This document shows, in pieces, positions 54,652 to 64,000 of a stretch of DNA of 64,000 bases; within the stretch, counting starts at the first letter, position 1; each line of letters opens with the position of its first letter. The notes under the pieces were generated by a model that was not told the DNA's origin, did not search any database, and was given only the letters and a program-made list of their open reading frames with translations. Origin of the DNA: an uncultured archaeon. GTDB taxonomy: Archaea > Asgardarchaeota > Heimdallarchaeia > Heimdallarchaeales > Heimdallarchaeaceae. The translations under genes were made by a program, and so were the position numbers. Location of the stretch: assembly GCA_964534625.1 (NCBI GenBank), contig CAZHRF010000012.1, positions 1 to 64,000 of the forward strand. Direction: 5' to 3'.

Positions 54652-55851
54652 TTATTTTCTCAACCGCTTGATTATCAATGCGGTTGCTAGTCCAAGCATA
54701 GAGACACTTATAAATATACCGAATGTTGAACCAGTGGGCTCAGTTGTTTCTTCCACACCAACATCTATTATTGCAACAACAGATGCCATTTGGACACCGG
54801 GGAAAGCTCCACCATAAGCTTGTCCTAAATCATTGGCTCTGTATCCACTTACTATGAAGTATGCATAATTTCTACCGACCATTAATCCAAATTCGTTACC
54901 TGTATATTCAAGGATATATTCGTCACTAGTTGCATTATAGTTTAGTGTTTTTGCCAAACTACCATCATTTACCCACATGTTGATATCGCCATAACCCATG
55001 GTATCAACGCCTACAAAACTTGCATAGAAACCCCAGACGAGTTCAAGCTCCATATCATTCCATGTGGTATTATATACAACATCCAAAGTTGCACTTGTAC
55101 CATCCTCTACTGATTGTTGAAGATCTTTGAATAGTTTGGGTTCTGCTGCTGGACGAATATCTCTATAAGTCCAAGTAAAGTTATTCATCAATTCTTCAGA
55201 ATCAATCATTTCAGGATTAATGGTAACGGTAGAATCAGAGAAGACATCAGGTGGTAAAACGGCTTTTGATGTTTCACCAACATAAAATCTTATTTCATCT
55301 TTTACCCAATCCCAAATCATATCATCTTTACCAGATAAATCGGTACTATTTGCTCTGTGCTCTCCTGCCATCACAGTTAAGTAATGCCAGCCTATTTCTA
55401 AGTCAATAGGAATGTCTTGATAGGTACTCCCATCGTAAATATCCATATTTGACATACCCAAATCTATGTCGTCAAGGAACACATTGATCGTTCCGCTAAA
55501 GCGAGTGACATTGTCATCTAGACCCAACTGTTCAGGTGTTAATCCATAATCTTGCAATAGCCAATAGTTGCATGCGTAACCATCTAAATGTGAGGCCGCA
55601 CCCAACCAAGCCGTATATGCTACATCATACCAAAACATGAAGGGGATGTCATCGCCAAAACCGAATACTTGGCTGTTTTTTAATATTCTATTGTCAATTC
55701 CAACAAACAGTTCTCCCATTTCTACTGTATTAGGAGGATTGTACTGCAATGTTAAACTGACTTCATTGCTTTTATTTGCATTAGGTAAAGCACTTACTAA
55801 AAATGTGCTTACTACAAATAGAGCAATAAATAATAAACCTTTTCTTTTCAT
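54652..55851 (-). CDS. Secreted acidic surface protein with C-terminal TM anchor
   Basis: Signal peptide; TTEPTGST linker, TM and KRLRK tail; 22 bp upstream of the SBP gene. Confidence 0.8.
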   Translation of the reverse strand: MKRKGLLFIALFVVSTFLVSALPNANKSNEVSLTLQYNPPNTVEMGELFVGIDNRILKNSQVFGFGDDIPFMFWYDVAYTAWLGAASHLDGYACNYWLLQDYGLTPEQLGLDDNVTRFSGTINVFLDDIDLGMSNMDIYDGSTYQDIPIDLEIGWHYLTVMAGEHRANSTDLSGKDDMIWDWVKDEIRFYVGETSKAVLPPDVFSDSTVTINPEMIDSEELMNNFTWTYRDIRPAAEPKLFKDLQQSVEDGTSATLDVVYNTTWNDMELELVWGFYASFVGVDTMGYGDINMWVNDGSLAKTLNYNATSDEYILEYTGNEFGLMVGRNYAYFIVSGYRANDLGQAYGGAFPGVQMASVVAIIDVGVEETTEPTGSTFGIFISVSMLGLATALIIKRLRK

Positions 55852-56098
55852 TATTTATTCACCGCTTACATATAACTTTTGTAAGCATTTTAGAAAGGTA
55901 CTAGTAGTATAAAAAGATTATGGCAATCTTCCTTATTTCCCGATACATTGTTTAGAGGGTTATATCAGTAATTAAGTAATACATCCCTCAACAAAAAAAA
56001 CATGAAGTGATAATTTTTTAAAAATCGTAATATCGAAGTATAATTAACTTTAACCTATTTTCCCCTCTCCTCCAGAAAGAAGATACCCAAAAGACCAA

Positions 56099-56245
56099 TT
56101 AGAATGAGTTGTGAGAAAAACTAACAAGATGGACAAGTATTGTCCTATGCGCAGCTGTTTCATCATCGAGAAACCAGTCTGAAGAAACAAATTCAGCAAT
56201 AATAGTTATTGTTGTTATTTGACCTATTTCAAGAATGTGCACGTC
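56099..56245 (-). pseudogene. Decayed IS110-family transposase fragment (Tnp domain)
   Basis: ILEIGQITTITIIAEFVSSDWFLDDETAAHRTILVHLVSFS aligns without gaps to the IS110 pattern IPGIGxITAxTIxAE...RF...LVPxVxxS. Several differences (P>L, G>E, R>W, P>H) need only one base change. Confidence 0.6.
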
Positions 56246-56457
56246 CTAAGAGAAGTCACGCTTATGGAGAAAATGTGATTACTCTCCTATTCACTCTTTC
56301 TGACCACCACTTTGTTCATCGTATCCGTTTAGAGTTAGGTAGCACGTCTACAAATCATTAAATCAATGTTTTTAGGTAGTGATAATTCGTTTTCACAACC
56401 TTTTTTTACTACCGTTATTCTACTTTAATTAATATCATTAATACTAAGTGATTCATA

Positions 56458-57219
56458 ATGACCCAACATGAACCTGAACCTAAACGTGCATACAAGATTG
56501 TGATGATAGGTGATGCAGCTGTAGGTAAAACCTCTATCCGAAGAAATTATATGGGAAAATCATTCCGTACAGATTATCTCAAAACAATTGGGGCTGATTT
56601 TACATCTAAACGTGTTACTTACGACAATGAAACCATCCTCCTTACATTATGGGATATGGCTGGACAATCTATTTTTCATGGTATGCGTTCTTCCTTTTAT
56701 CAAGGTTGCAAATGTGCAATAGTTGTTTTTGAAGTCACAGACCGGACAACATTAGCCAATACGCTCAAATGGGCTGAAGAAGCTTCTACATATGCAAAAT
56801 CTTCTCTTCAAGAAATTTACTTAATCGGAAATAAAATTGATCTTGTTAATCAAAGAATAGTTGAACTTCCTGAAATACAGGAATATGCGAAAAAAATCCA
56901 AAAGAAAACGAATCTTCCAGTAACGGTATATCAAACATCTGCACTTACAGGTGAAAACATCCAACAATTATTTTTAACCATGAGCAAAAGACTCATTCAC
57001 GGTGTTGATGCTGAAAAGGTAAGAAAAGACTTATCAATTTCTACAAGATCAAGTGAAGAAATGATAGACACAAAAGAATTTCAATCCCAACACAAAAGTA
57101 AAGAGCAATTACTTTCTGAGCTACCTGCAGTTCTAACCGATATAGAAGATACAATAGACAAACTCCAATCAATTAAGAAGACCATTGATAAGATCCTTAA
57201 CAATACAAATACAAAATAA
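56458..57219 (+). CDS. Rab-like small GTPase with C-terminal coiled-coil extension
   Basis: G1 GDAAVGKT, G2 KTIG, G3 WDMAGQ, G4 NKID and G5 TSAL; no CAAX motif. Confidence 0.93.
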   Translation: MTQHEPEPKRAYKIVMIGDAAVGKTSIRRNYMGKSFRTDYLKTIGADFTSKRVTYDNETILLTLWDMAGQSIFHGMRSSFYQGCKCAIVVFEVTDRTTLANTLKWAEEASTYAKSSLQEIYLIGNKIDLVNQRIVELPEIQEYAKKIQKKTNLPVTVYQTSALTGENIQQLFLTMSKRLIHGVDAEKVRKDLSISTRSSEEMIDTKEFQSQHKSKEQLLSELPAVLTDIEDTIDKLQSIKKTIDKILNNTNTK

Positions 57220-57293
57220 CTGTTTTTTGCCTTACTCATTTTAAAGAGTTGAAAATAAAGGCGTTTTATTGAGCATATAGGGACAATTACGTT

Positions 57294-57893
57294 CTAGCTA
57301 GCTATCCAGAGAGTAGATTGAGCTGTTCCCATTTTTTTTGTTAAAACATTATCTTCTGAGTCATATTCAGAATAGATATAATATACTAGTAAATAAAACG
57401 ACTGCCCCTCACTAAGCAAACCCTTTTCTTTTGTTGGATCTTCACATTTCCCAAAAAACTCTACTGGTACAAGTGTATCTTTTAATGTATACCCCCCATA
57501 ATAATCATTCCATAATTGTTGATTTTCATCTTTAGGTTTCACTGACCAAGGTGTAATAGTATCCAATATTTTTCCTGTGGGCAATAATATATCTATATCA
57601 TATATGTAAATAGTTGTATCACCAGATAAACTCAGAGAAAAGTTTATTTGATCATATAAACCTAAACTTTCATCATATAAAACCAATTCATATTCATCTT
57701 CAATAGTTAGTATGATGGATGATCCACCAACAGAAGTAGACTCTTGTAAGTCGATTATATCGACATTTAAGAAAAGTATACCAACTATACTTGAACCTAC
57801 AATTACAAGTGTTAATATTAGTAAAACACTTAAAATAGGAGAAATAGCTCGTCTTTTCTTATGTATGATATTTTTTAGTGACATGGTGATCAA
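57294..57893 (-). CDS. Archaeal type IV pilin-like protein (class III signal peptide)
   Basis: KKRRA|ISPILSVLLILTLVIVG. Confidence 0.8.
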   Translation of the reverse strand: MITMSLKNIIHKKRRAISPILSVLLILTLVIVGSSIVGILFLNVDIIDLQESTSVGGSSIILTIEDEYELVLYDESLGLYDQINFSLSLSGDTTIYIYDIDILLPTGKILDTITPWSVKPKDENQQLWNDYYGGYTLKDTLVPVEFFGKCEDPTKEKGLLSEGQSFYLLVYYIYSEYDSEDNVLTKKMGTAQSTLWIAS

Positions 57894-58041
57894 TCATTTT
57901 TGTCAGTTATGGTTACTTAGTTCTTGGGATATATATTCTTTATGAAAAAATAATTGTGTCACATTTAGTACATATTTTTCAAATAGAGCAATAAAATATG
58001 CCCTTCATCAACTATCTACATGTGTCATGATATTTAATACT

Positions 58042-59571
58042 TTAGGCTATCATGTTTTTTATAGATTGATAAATAGATGTAAAGATATAGTCTAAGTCTT
58101 CAATAATCATTTTCCATTTACTCTTTTTTTTGAAACTAGCATACATCTTACTGGGTACAAACAGTAAAAAGAGCATAAAAAGTAATAAAAGGTACAATGG
58201 GTGGATATATCTTGGTTTTATAATAATTATCCAACTATAATAATAAAATCCGATAGTTGAGACAAACATAAAAATCGAATAAAAAAGAGCATACACGACT
58301 TTAAGAGTTACTTTATTACTCTTTTCTTTATTTCTTTTTAGTATGACCGTCAAGCTATCATTCACTAAGAGTACGATACTCAACAGTACAAATGGGGAGA
58401 TAAATGCATCATAATATTTATAGATCCCTCTCGAAATAAAGACATGGGTTACAAGGATAACTAAAGTAGTGTAAATGGTAAAAATCTTTTCATTGTGACC
58501 AATTTCTTTGCCATTGAAATAACCCATAAAGAGTATAAAAAGATAGGACAAAATGAAAGGTACCATATATTTATTTAAGCTAAAATATAGTTTGGCTAAT
58601 CCTTCAGCTTCAAGATGGAGAAAACTATTGGCTAAGGTCACTGTAAACCCATTGTATTCCGAACTGTTAGCTAGTACTCCTACGGGTCTTCCTGGTCCCA
58701 AAACTTTTCTTAAATAAGCATAAGGCGTCAATAGCACCCAAGGTATAGAAAATACTAATGTTGTTAAAATAAATGGGACTAAGAATTTTATGAAGGCGTC
58801 CTTCAATGATTCTTTTTTCCATATTATCATAAACCAGCCTATTACTAAAAATAATGGCATTTGTTTTGATAGCCATGCAAATGTTAGAAAGAGTGCAGAT
58901 ACACGATGTTTTGATTTAAGGAATGCCAAATAAGCTAATAATGTAAAAAAGGTCATTTGAGGTATATTAAGATATAATGTATTAACATAAATTATGTTGA
59001 AAGGCATGAAAATATATAGTAAACCTGCAATTAATCCAATTATGTGTTTTACTACTTTTTTATAGTTTATACATTCGAAATTTATTATAATGAGATAGAC
59101 TACAGAAACACATAATGAGTCAAAAAGAATGTGCGTCCACTTAACGGATTCAAAAACTAGCACATCAAGAGCCATGTTTGGATTAAATAATTGTACAAAC
59201 AAAGATGTAAAGTATAAACCATAAATAAAAAACGGTCCATATGCATACCCATTTAATGGACCTTCTCCTCCTGCGTAAGGATTCCAGTTTTGATATTTAA
59301 AGGATCTAAGATATGGTTCATAATAATACCAAGCGTCAATATACGCTTCTACATACCATGTTACATCTTCTCCTTTCAAATTCTTTCCTTGCCAATAAAA
59401 ACCTGAGTAACGTTGATTAAGTATTATACTTATATGATTCTTTAAGAACATTGACACTACGAATAATAATAAACAAAGTGTGATAGTTATGAATATCTCT
59501 CTTACTTTGGAACTTGTGTAGAACTGCTTCAAACTGTTAATTGACAAATATTCTCTACGTAAATCAACCAC
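58042..59571 (-). CDS. Multi-pass GT-C type glycosyltransferase-like protein
   Basis: Many TM segments; first loop YIDAWYYY...YAYGPFF; LSKQMP and GIYKYY motifs. Confidence 0.65.
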   Translation of the reverse strand: MVDLRREYLSINSLKQFYTSSKVREIFITITLCLLLFVVSMFLKNHISIILNQRYSGFYWQGKNLKGEDVTWYVEAYIDAWYYYEPYLRSFKYQNWNPYAGGEGPLNGYAYGPFFIYGLYFTSLFVQLFNPNMALDVLVFESVKWTHILFDSLCVSVVYLIIINFECINYKKVVKHIIGLIAGLLYIFMPFNIIYVNTLYLNIPQMTFFTLLAYLAFLKSKHRVSALFLTFAWLSKQMPLFLVIGWFMIIWKKESLKDAFIKFLVPFILTTLVFSIPWVLLTPYAYLRKVLGPGRPVGVLANSSEYNGFTVTLANSFLHLEAEGLAKLYFSLNKYMVPFILSYLFILFMGYFNGKEIGHNEKIFTIYTTLVILVTHVFISRGIYKYYDAFISPFVLLSIVLLVNDSLTVILKRNKEKSNKVTLKVVYALFYSIFMFVSTIGFYYYSWIIIIKPRYIHPLYLLLLFMLFLLFVPSKMYASFKKKSKWKMIIEDLDYIFTSIYQSIKNMIA

Positions 59572-59612
59572 CGCTAATCTCTCCTAAATCCATAGTTCTA
59601 TTATTATGATTG

Positions 59613-60518
59613 TTATTCTGGAAGATCCTCTAGCTCTGTTTTAATAACTGTTATCCACTCCTTCACTGAATTAACAAACGCATTAAAAGCCCGCAAAACA
59701 TTTCTACCATTTAAACAGGAGATTAATTCACTCAAACATATTGTACCATATTTTTTACTCCATTCCGCCTCTATAGTAGATAATAATGCCTTTTGATCTT
59801 CAATGTCTTGATTTTCGATCAAATCAATTTTATTTCCTAAGATCATAATGGGAGGACAAATAACGTAAGAATAATGCTCAAGGAACGCCTCTAACCAATT
59901 TTCAATAGAATTAAAGGTATCTATATCAGTAACATCATAAATTAAAATTATCCCAAATGCTGACTTTGCATATAACCATAGCGATGAAGATTCTGGAACC
60001 TCTAGTATTATACTTTCTAACTCGGCATAAAAATTTTTCACTTTTCTATTTATTGAACCAAACAATACGCCAGGAGCGGGTCTATTGGGTGTATCGCCAG
60101 ACAGAGCATATACGAAAGATTGTTTGCCAACTTTTTCATCGCCTAAAATAACAATTCTACCACTGAAAGATTTTGTTATACGAGAAGGTTTTTCCTCACA
60201 TGGTTGAACTTTTATTGAAGAGAGATCGGGTAAATTACCTCCTTCTTGCCAAGCTATTTCAGTATAACTAGGCATAGTCTCCACATACCACTGCCAAAAC
60301 TCGTCTAAAATACATTCAATATTTTCTCTTAGAAGTGAATGAGCAACGTAAACTTTATTGTCTTCTCTAAAGAAACCCCAAGATTCAGGCATATTAAGCA
60401 GAAAAGTTTTGACTTTTTTGGGGTCGATATTAATTTTTTTTGCTATTTCAGTTTCATCAAGTGAGGAATGTGCCAACAAGTAATCATTCATAAATCCGAT
60501 GATTGTTTCTTTGTTCAT
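59613..60518 (-). CDS. N-terminal wHTH-like domain fused to a degenerate Rab-like GTPase
   Basis: GDEKVGKQS, GIILIYDVTD and LGNKIDL; G3 DxxG is missing. Confidence 0.78.
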   Translation of the reverse strand: MNKETIIGFMNDYLLAHSSLDETEIAKKINIDPKKVKTFLLNMPESWGFFREDNKVYVAHSLLRENIECILDEFWQWYVETMPSYTEIAWQEGGNLPDLSSIKVQPCEEKPSRITKSFSGRIVILGDEKVGKQSFVYALSGDTPNRPAPGVLFGSINRKVKNFYAELESIILEVPESSSLWLYAKSAFGIILIYDVTDIDTFNSIENWLEAFLEHYSYVICPPIMILGNKIDLIENQDIEDQKALLSTIEAEWSKKYGTICLSELISCLNGRNVLRAFNAFVNSVKEWITVIKTELEDLPE

Positions 60519-60747
60519 CTAATATCTCCAAGTTCATTTGATCTATCTAGTTATACATTGACCAATGCATAAACCAAAGATGAATGTATTAATTCAATAT
60601 GCTAGTATAAAACAAGAATATATTAATCTTATTTACGGGAACAAAAAAAATGCAAAAATTAATTGCAGTGATTAAGTAACATCTAAATAAGAAAAATGAA
60701 AAAGGATATGGGGTTAAGCAGGACAGAAAAAGAACCAAAAAAAAGAA

Positions 60748-61173
60748 TTATGAGCAGGACTTTGGGGTAGGGATTGTCTGAATTAGTTGATATGTTTTCT
60801 TAGCTGCGTTTATTGAGTCTCTAAGACCATCTATCTCTTCATTAGACAAGCCAACAGTCCTTAATTCCTCAACAAATGCCGACGGGGCAATAGAAAATCT
60901 TTTCATGTTTTCACCCTTTTTTAGAAATGATTCAACCTTCTTCCTTGTTGCATATAAATAAGGTCTATTCTTAAAATGGATCATAGCCTTTCTTATCTCG
61001 CCCCTCACAATCTCAGCATCTTTTTCAGGAATACCTTTTGAATTAGCTTCTAAAAAACCAGTTATTTCAGCAAGAATATCTTTCTCAATATTTTGTGTTT
61101 TAGGGAAGAGACAGTCTAGTGCGATTTCAAGAAGCTCTTCACTCTCCATAGAATTAATACTCATATACATCAA
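60748..61173 (-). CDS. Hypothetical protein
   Basis: 141 aa ORF with host-like composition, colinear with its neighbours. Confidence 0.65.
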   Translation of the reverse strand: MMYMSINSMESEELLEIALDCLFPKTQNIEKDILAEITGFLEANSKGIPEKDAEIVRGEIRKAMIHFKNRPYLYATRKKVESFLKKGENMKRFSIAPSAFVEELRTVGLSNEEIDGLRDSINAAKKTYQLIQTIPTPKSCS

Positions 61174-61293
61174 TTATTAGTTCTAAAAGGTACTAAAAAG
61201 AACACATGACATGAGCATATGATGTGAATTAGACCCGGGTATTACAGAGTTTATCGTCTATTAAACAAAAATTTAGTAAACGACAACTAATAT

Positions 61294-63849
61294 TTAGATA
61301 TAGGGGGTATAATTTTGAAAATCATCAATTGGTATAATTTTTACTTTTTCTTCAAATAATATTGAAATTGATTCTATAGCACCAATTTTATTTAATGGTT
61401 TATTTCCATTGCCACATTGCCAACTATAGGTACATCTAGGACACCCGTCTACGGTGTTACATGAACATTTCTTGAGTATTTCTAGTGATCTTGAGAGACC
61501 TATTTTTAGTCTATCATACAATAGTTTTGATAAACCCGAACCACCCTTTGCCCCATCATATACAAAAATCGTTCCACTATCACCCATAGACACACCACCA
61601 ATCTCGGCTGTACCGCCTCCAGTTAACATTGAACTCGATTCAATTAGAACATGTTCAACAGCGTGGAATGTCCCTCCAAGTAATTCTTCCGGAGCTTTTG
61701 ATGGGTATTTTTTCAATATTTTTTCTGGAGAAGGCATTGTAAACATAAAACCTTTGGTTTTAAAAGAATATTCTATAGGATCTATTTGTTCTATTGATTT
61801 TAACTCACTTGTATAAATATCAGATACTTGATAGCCAAATATTGTTTCATTTATTTGCAAATCACAATAACGTACTTCCATTCCAGCTATATCCTTTTTT
61901 TCAAGAATTTCCAGAACATAGGGCATAGCAAAACGCATAGCTGCAGTTTTGTGGGTAACAGGGGATATTTCTTCAAGCAACACCTCACCTGCTGATAATA
62001 AAGGATAATATGTAAATGTCTTTGATTGATAATACCTCCCTCCGTGTAAATATATCGCCCCAGGATGAAGCTCCCGAGCAGCCATAGGCATAGATCGCTC
62101 CCCAATATACTTCTTTTGAGTATTTTTGAGTTTAATTGTATCTCCAATTCCTCTAATTGAATATTTGCTGAGTTTTTTTATGCTTTCTTTTCTATTTTTT
62201 ATTTCTAATTTACCAGTATTGGTCTTTTTTAACAAATTATCATCCAATAATTGTTTAAGGACCGCTGAATAATCGATAAAATTAGCCAGATTTATCGATT
62301 TTTCTACCGCTGCGGCCAATAACTGATAATATGAAACAATTTCATTTTTAGGTTCTACAAAACCTTGTCTAATATCAGTGAAATACGTATCGGGATGAGA
62401 CATATAATAAGTACTGATAGGATCATTATCTCTAAGAATAAGAACACCAATAGATTCTTGACCTTTCCGACCAGCTCGACCTAATCTTTGCACAAAACTT
62501 GTGAAATCAACAATAGATGATACAACCGCATCTACATCACCGATATCGATGCCTAGTTCTAAAGTGGGTGTTGCTATAATACAATCTAACTTCCCGTTTC
62601 TAAACGCTTGTTCCGTTCTTTCACGATATTTTTGTGGTAATCCCGCTCTGTGAACAGCACTTCGTAATTTCATCTTTTTAGTCATTAAATTAACAATTTC
62701 CGTGTTTTTGTGGCTATTCTGAAAACAAAGAGTTTTATAATCTGAATGAACCAACTGTCTCATCACGTCTGCAGTTAGGGTATATTGACTGACAGTTGAT
62801 GGATATAACATGATCAAATATGTAGGAGATTTTCTTGCATCATCAATTTGAATAGTTTCGATAGGCCTATCAAATAATTGTGTTCCAAATTCTTTTGCAT
62901 TTCCTATTGTTGCAGAGGCACCTATAAATTGAAGCGGATAAGAGGTTAATCTATCTAATCTTTTCAATATAAAAAACAAATTAGAACCAAATGCTCCTAC
63001 AGCTACATGGATCTCATCAACAATAATGTATTTTACCGAACGTATAATGCTTCTAAAAACAGGCCGACGTAAATGATAGTGAAGCATGTCAGGATTAGTG
63101 ATCATAATATCGGGGGGATAAGAATAGATCTCTTCTCTTTTAGACACAGGAGTATCGCCATCAAATATTGCACAGGTTATTGACAACTTGTTCCCCATTT
63201 CTTTTACCTTTTTCTGCTGATCTTTAGCAAGAGCTTTGGTGGGGTAGATAATGATAGCTTGAACACCTCTTCGCATTAAAGGATTAGGGTTATCATTCCA
63301 TATACATTGAAGAACTGGGAGCAAAAACGCTTCTGTTTTTCCTGTACCTGTGGGGGCAACAATGATAGTATCCATTCCTTGGATAATTTTTTCAAAAGCT
63401 TCAACTTGAAATGAATACAAAGATGTAAAGCCTTTTTCTTTAAGATATTCATGTAAAGAAGAAGTTAATTCCATGGGGCGTTCAGCAAGAGCAGGAGATT
63501 TAGGAGGCAAATAATTAAAATAGACCAGATCAACATCTTGATTACTAATAATATTTAGAACAGCCTTTGGAATGCTTTCTGGATTAATATCACATTTCGT
63601 AAGTAAGGTTTTCTTTTCTTTGATTGTTTGCGGTGGTGAAAAGACGGGTGACGAACCGGGAACACTAAATCTCGAAGAGTGAATTTTACGTTCTTTGGAG
63701 ACAGTAGAGCGTTTAACCAAGGATTCATATGCTTGAGATTTATTTTCTGAATAAATCTTTTCAGAAAAACCACAGAAGCGACATTGGAATACATAAATAA
63801 AGTCATGCTCGCTTTTATCTAAAGGTTTTCCACAATCAGGACACTTCAC
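61294..63849 (-). CDS. DEAH-box helicase with DUF1998 Zn domain (MrfA/Hrq1/SftH family) and N-terminal Zn ribbon
   Basis: APTGTGKT, YPTKALAKDQ, TNPDMLH, DEIH, SAT, LELGIDIG, QRLGRAGR, HAVEH and CSC...GCPRC motifs. Confidence 0.93.
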   Translation of the reverse strand: MKCPDCGKPLDKSEHDFIYVFQCRFCGFSEKIYSENKSQAYESLVKRSTVSKERKIHSSRFSVPGSSPVFSPPQTIKEKKTLLTKCDINPESIPKAVLNIISNQDVDLVYFNYLPPKSPALAERPMELTSSLHEYLKEKGFTSLYSFQVEAFEKIIQGMDTIIVAPTGTGKTEAFLLPVLQCIWNDNPNPLMRRGVQAIIIYPTKALAKDQQKKVKEMGNKLSITCAIFDGDTPVSKREEIYSYPPDIMITNPDMLHYHLRRPVFRSIIRSVKYIIVDEIHVAVGAFGSNLFFILKRLDRLTSYPLQFIGASATIGNAKEFGTQLFDRPIETIQIDDARKSPTYLIMLYPSTVSQYTLTADVMRQLVHSDYKTLCFQNSHKNTEIVNLMTKKMKLRSAVHRAGLPQKYRERTEQAFRNGKLDCIIATPTLELGIDIGDVDAVVSSIVDFTSFVQRLGRAGRKGQESIGVLILRDNDPISTYYMSHPDTYFTDIRQGFVEPKNEIVSYYQLLAAAVEKSINLANFIDYSAVLKQLLDDNLLKKTNTGKLEIKNRKESIKKLSKYSIRGIGDTIKLKNTQKKYIGERSMPMAARELHPGAIYLHGGRYYQSKTFTYYPLLSAGEVLLEEISPVTHKTAAMRFAMPYVLEILEKKDIAGMEVRYCDLQINETIFGYQVSDIYTSELKSIEQIDPIEYSFKTKGFMFTMPSPEKILKKYPSKAPEELLGGTFHAVEHVLIESSSMLTGGGTAEIGGVSMGDSGTIFVYDGAKGGSGLSKLLYDRLKIGLSRSLEILKKCSCNTVDGCPRCTYSWQCGNGNKPLNKIGAIESISILFEEKVKIIPIDDFQNYTPYI

Positions 63850-64000
63850 AAGAATAATCCTAAGAAATCACTTAATAAATGTGATTAATTATAGAAGAAA
63901 TTAACAGAATACAACAAACTAAAAAAGAAGAAAAATATTTGCCATACAAGTGATATAAAAATGTCTAAACAAAATGTAAGAAAGTGTAAATGGAAAACTG

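Noticed and set aside
56100-56240. Series of small hairpins (GGACAA/TTGTCC, CTGAA/TTCAG, CAGCAATAA/TTATTGTTG) suggesting RNase P, SRP or another stand-alone ncRNA
   Set aside because: No RNase P or SRP consensus motifs; the segment is better explained as IS110 coding remnant on the minus strand.
61294-63849. DISARM/Druantia-type defence system based on DUF1998
   Set aside because: It is a single fused MrfA/Hrq1-type helicase with no methylase, drmA or other partners visible, though the window ends just upstream.

Overview
AT-rich (roughly 30% GC by eye) archaeal chromosome segment, most likely from an Asgard archaeon (Heimdallarchaeia-like). This is inferred from two Rab-like GTPases, longin-like domains (one fused to TPRs), an archaeal pilin, MptE, and secreted proteins with C-terminal TM plus basic-tail anchors. 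About 50 CDS are present, mostly metabolic, transport or regulatory: purH, GH2 beta-galactosidase, NikR, SDRs, GNATs, MFS/ABC/ZIP transporters and two SF2 helicases. I saw no rRNA, tRNA or CRISPR array. Features the ORF track misses: (1) a GC-rich ~345 bp island at 49770-50113 holding the 3' end of a TnpB-like gene (His at the RuvC-III Asp position) and a hairpin-rich omega-RNA-like right end ending in TTCAC; (2) a decayed IS110 transposase fragment with an adjacent structured non-coding leader at ~56100-56350; (3) an 88 bp chimeric repeat upstream of a motif-degenerate Hef-like helicase. Other notable items: a circularly permuted family-5 solute-binding protein, an ExxHGH (PTPS-III-type) pterin enzyme overlapping mptE, a stand-alone type I PKS-like ketosynthase, a tandem array of unknown ~580 aa paralogs divergent from a DEDD nuclease, an Fe-S/ferredoxin/3beta-HSD operon, and a wHTH-fused pseudo-GTPase. 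All family calls come from motif recognition by eye, not database searches.
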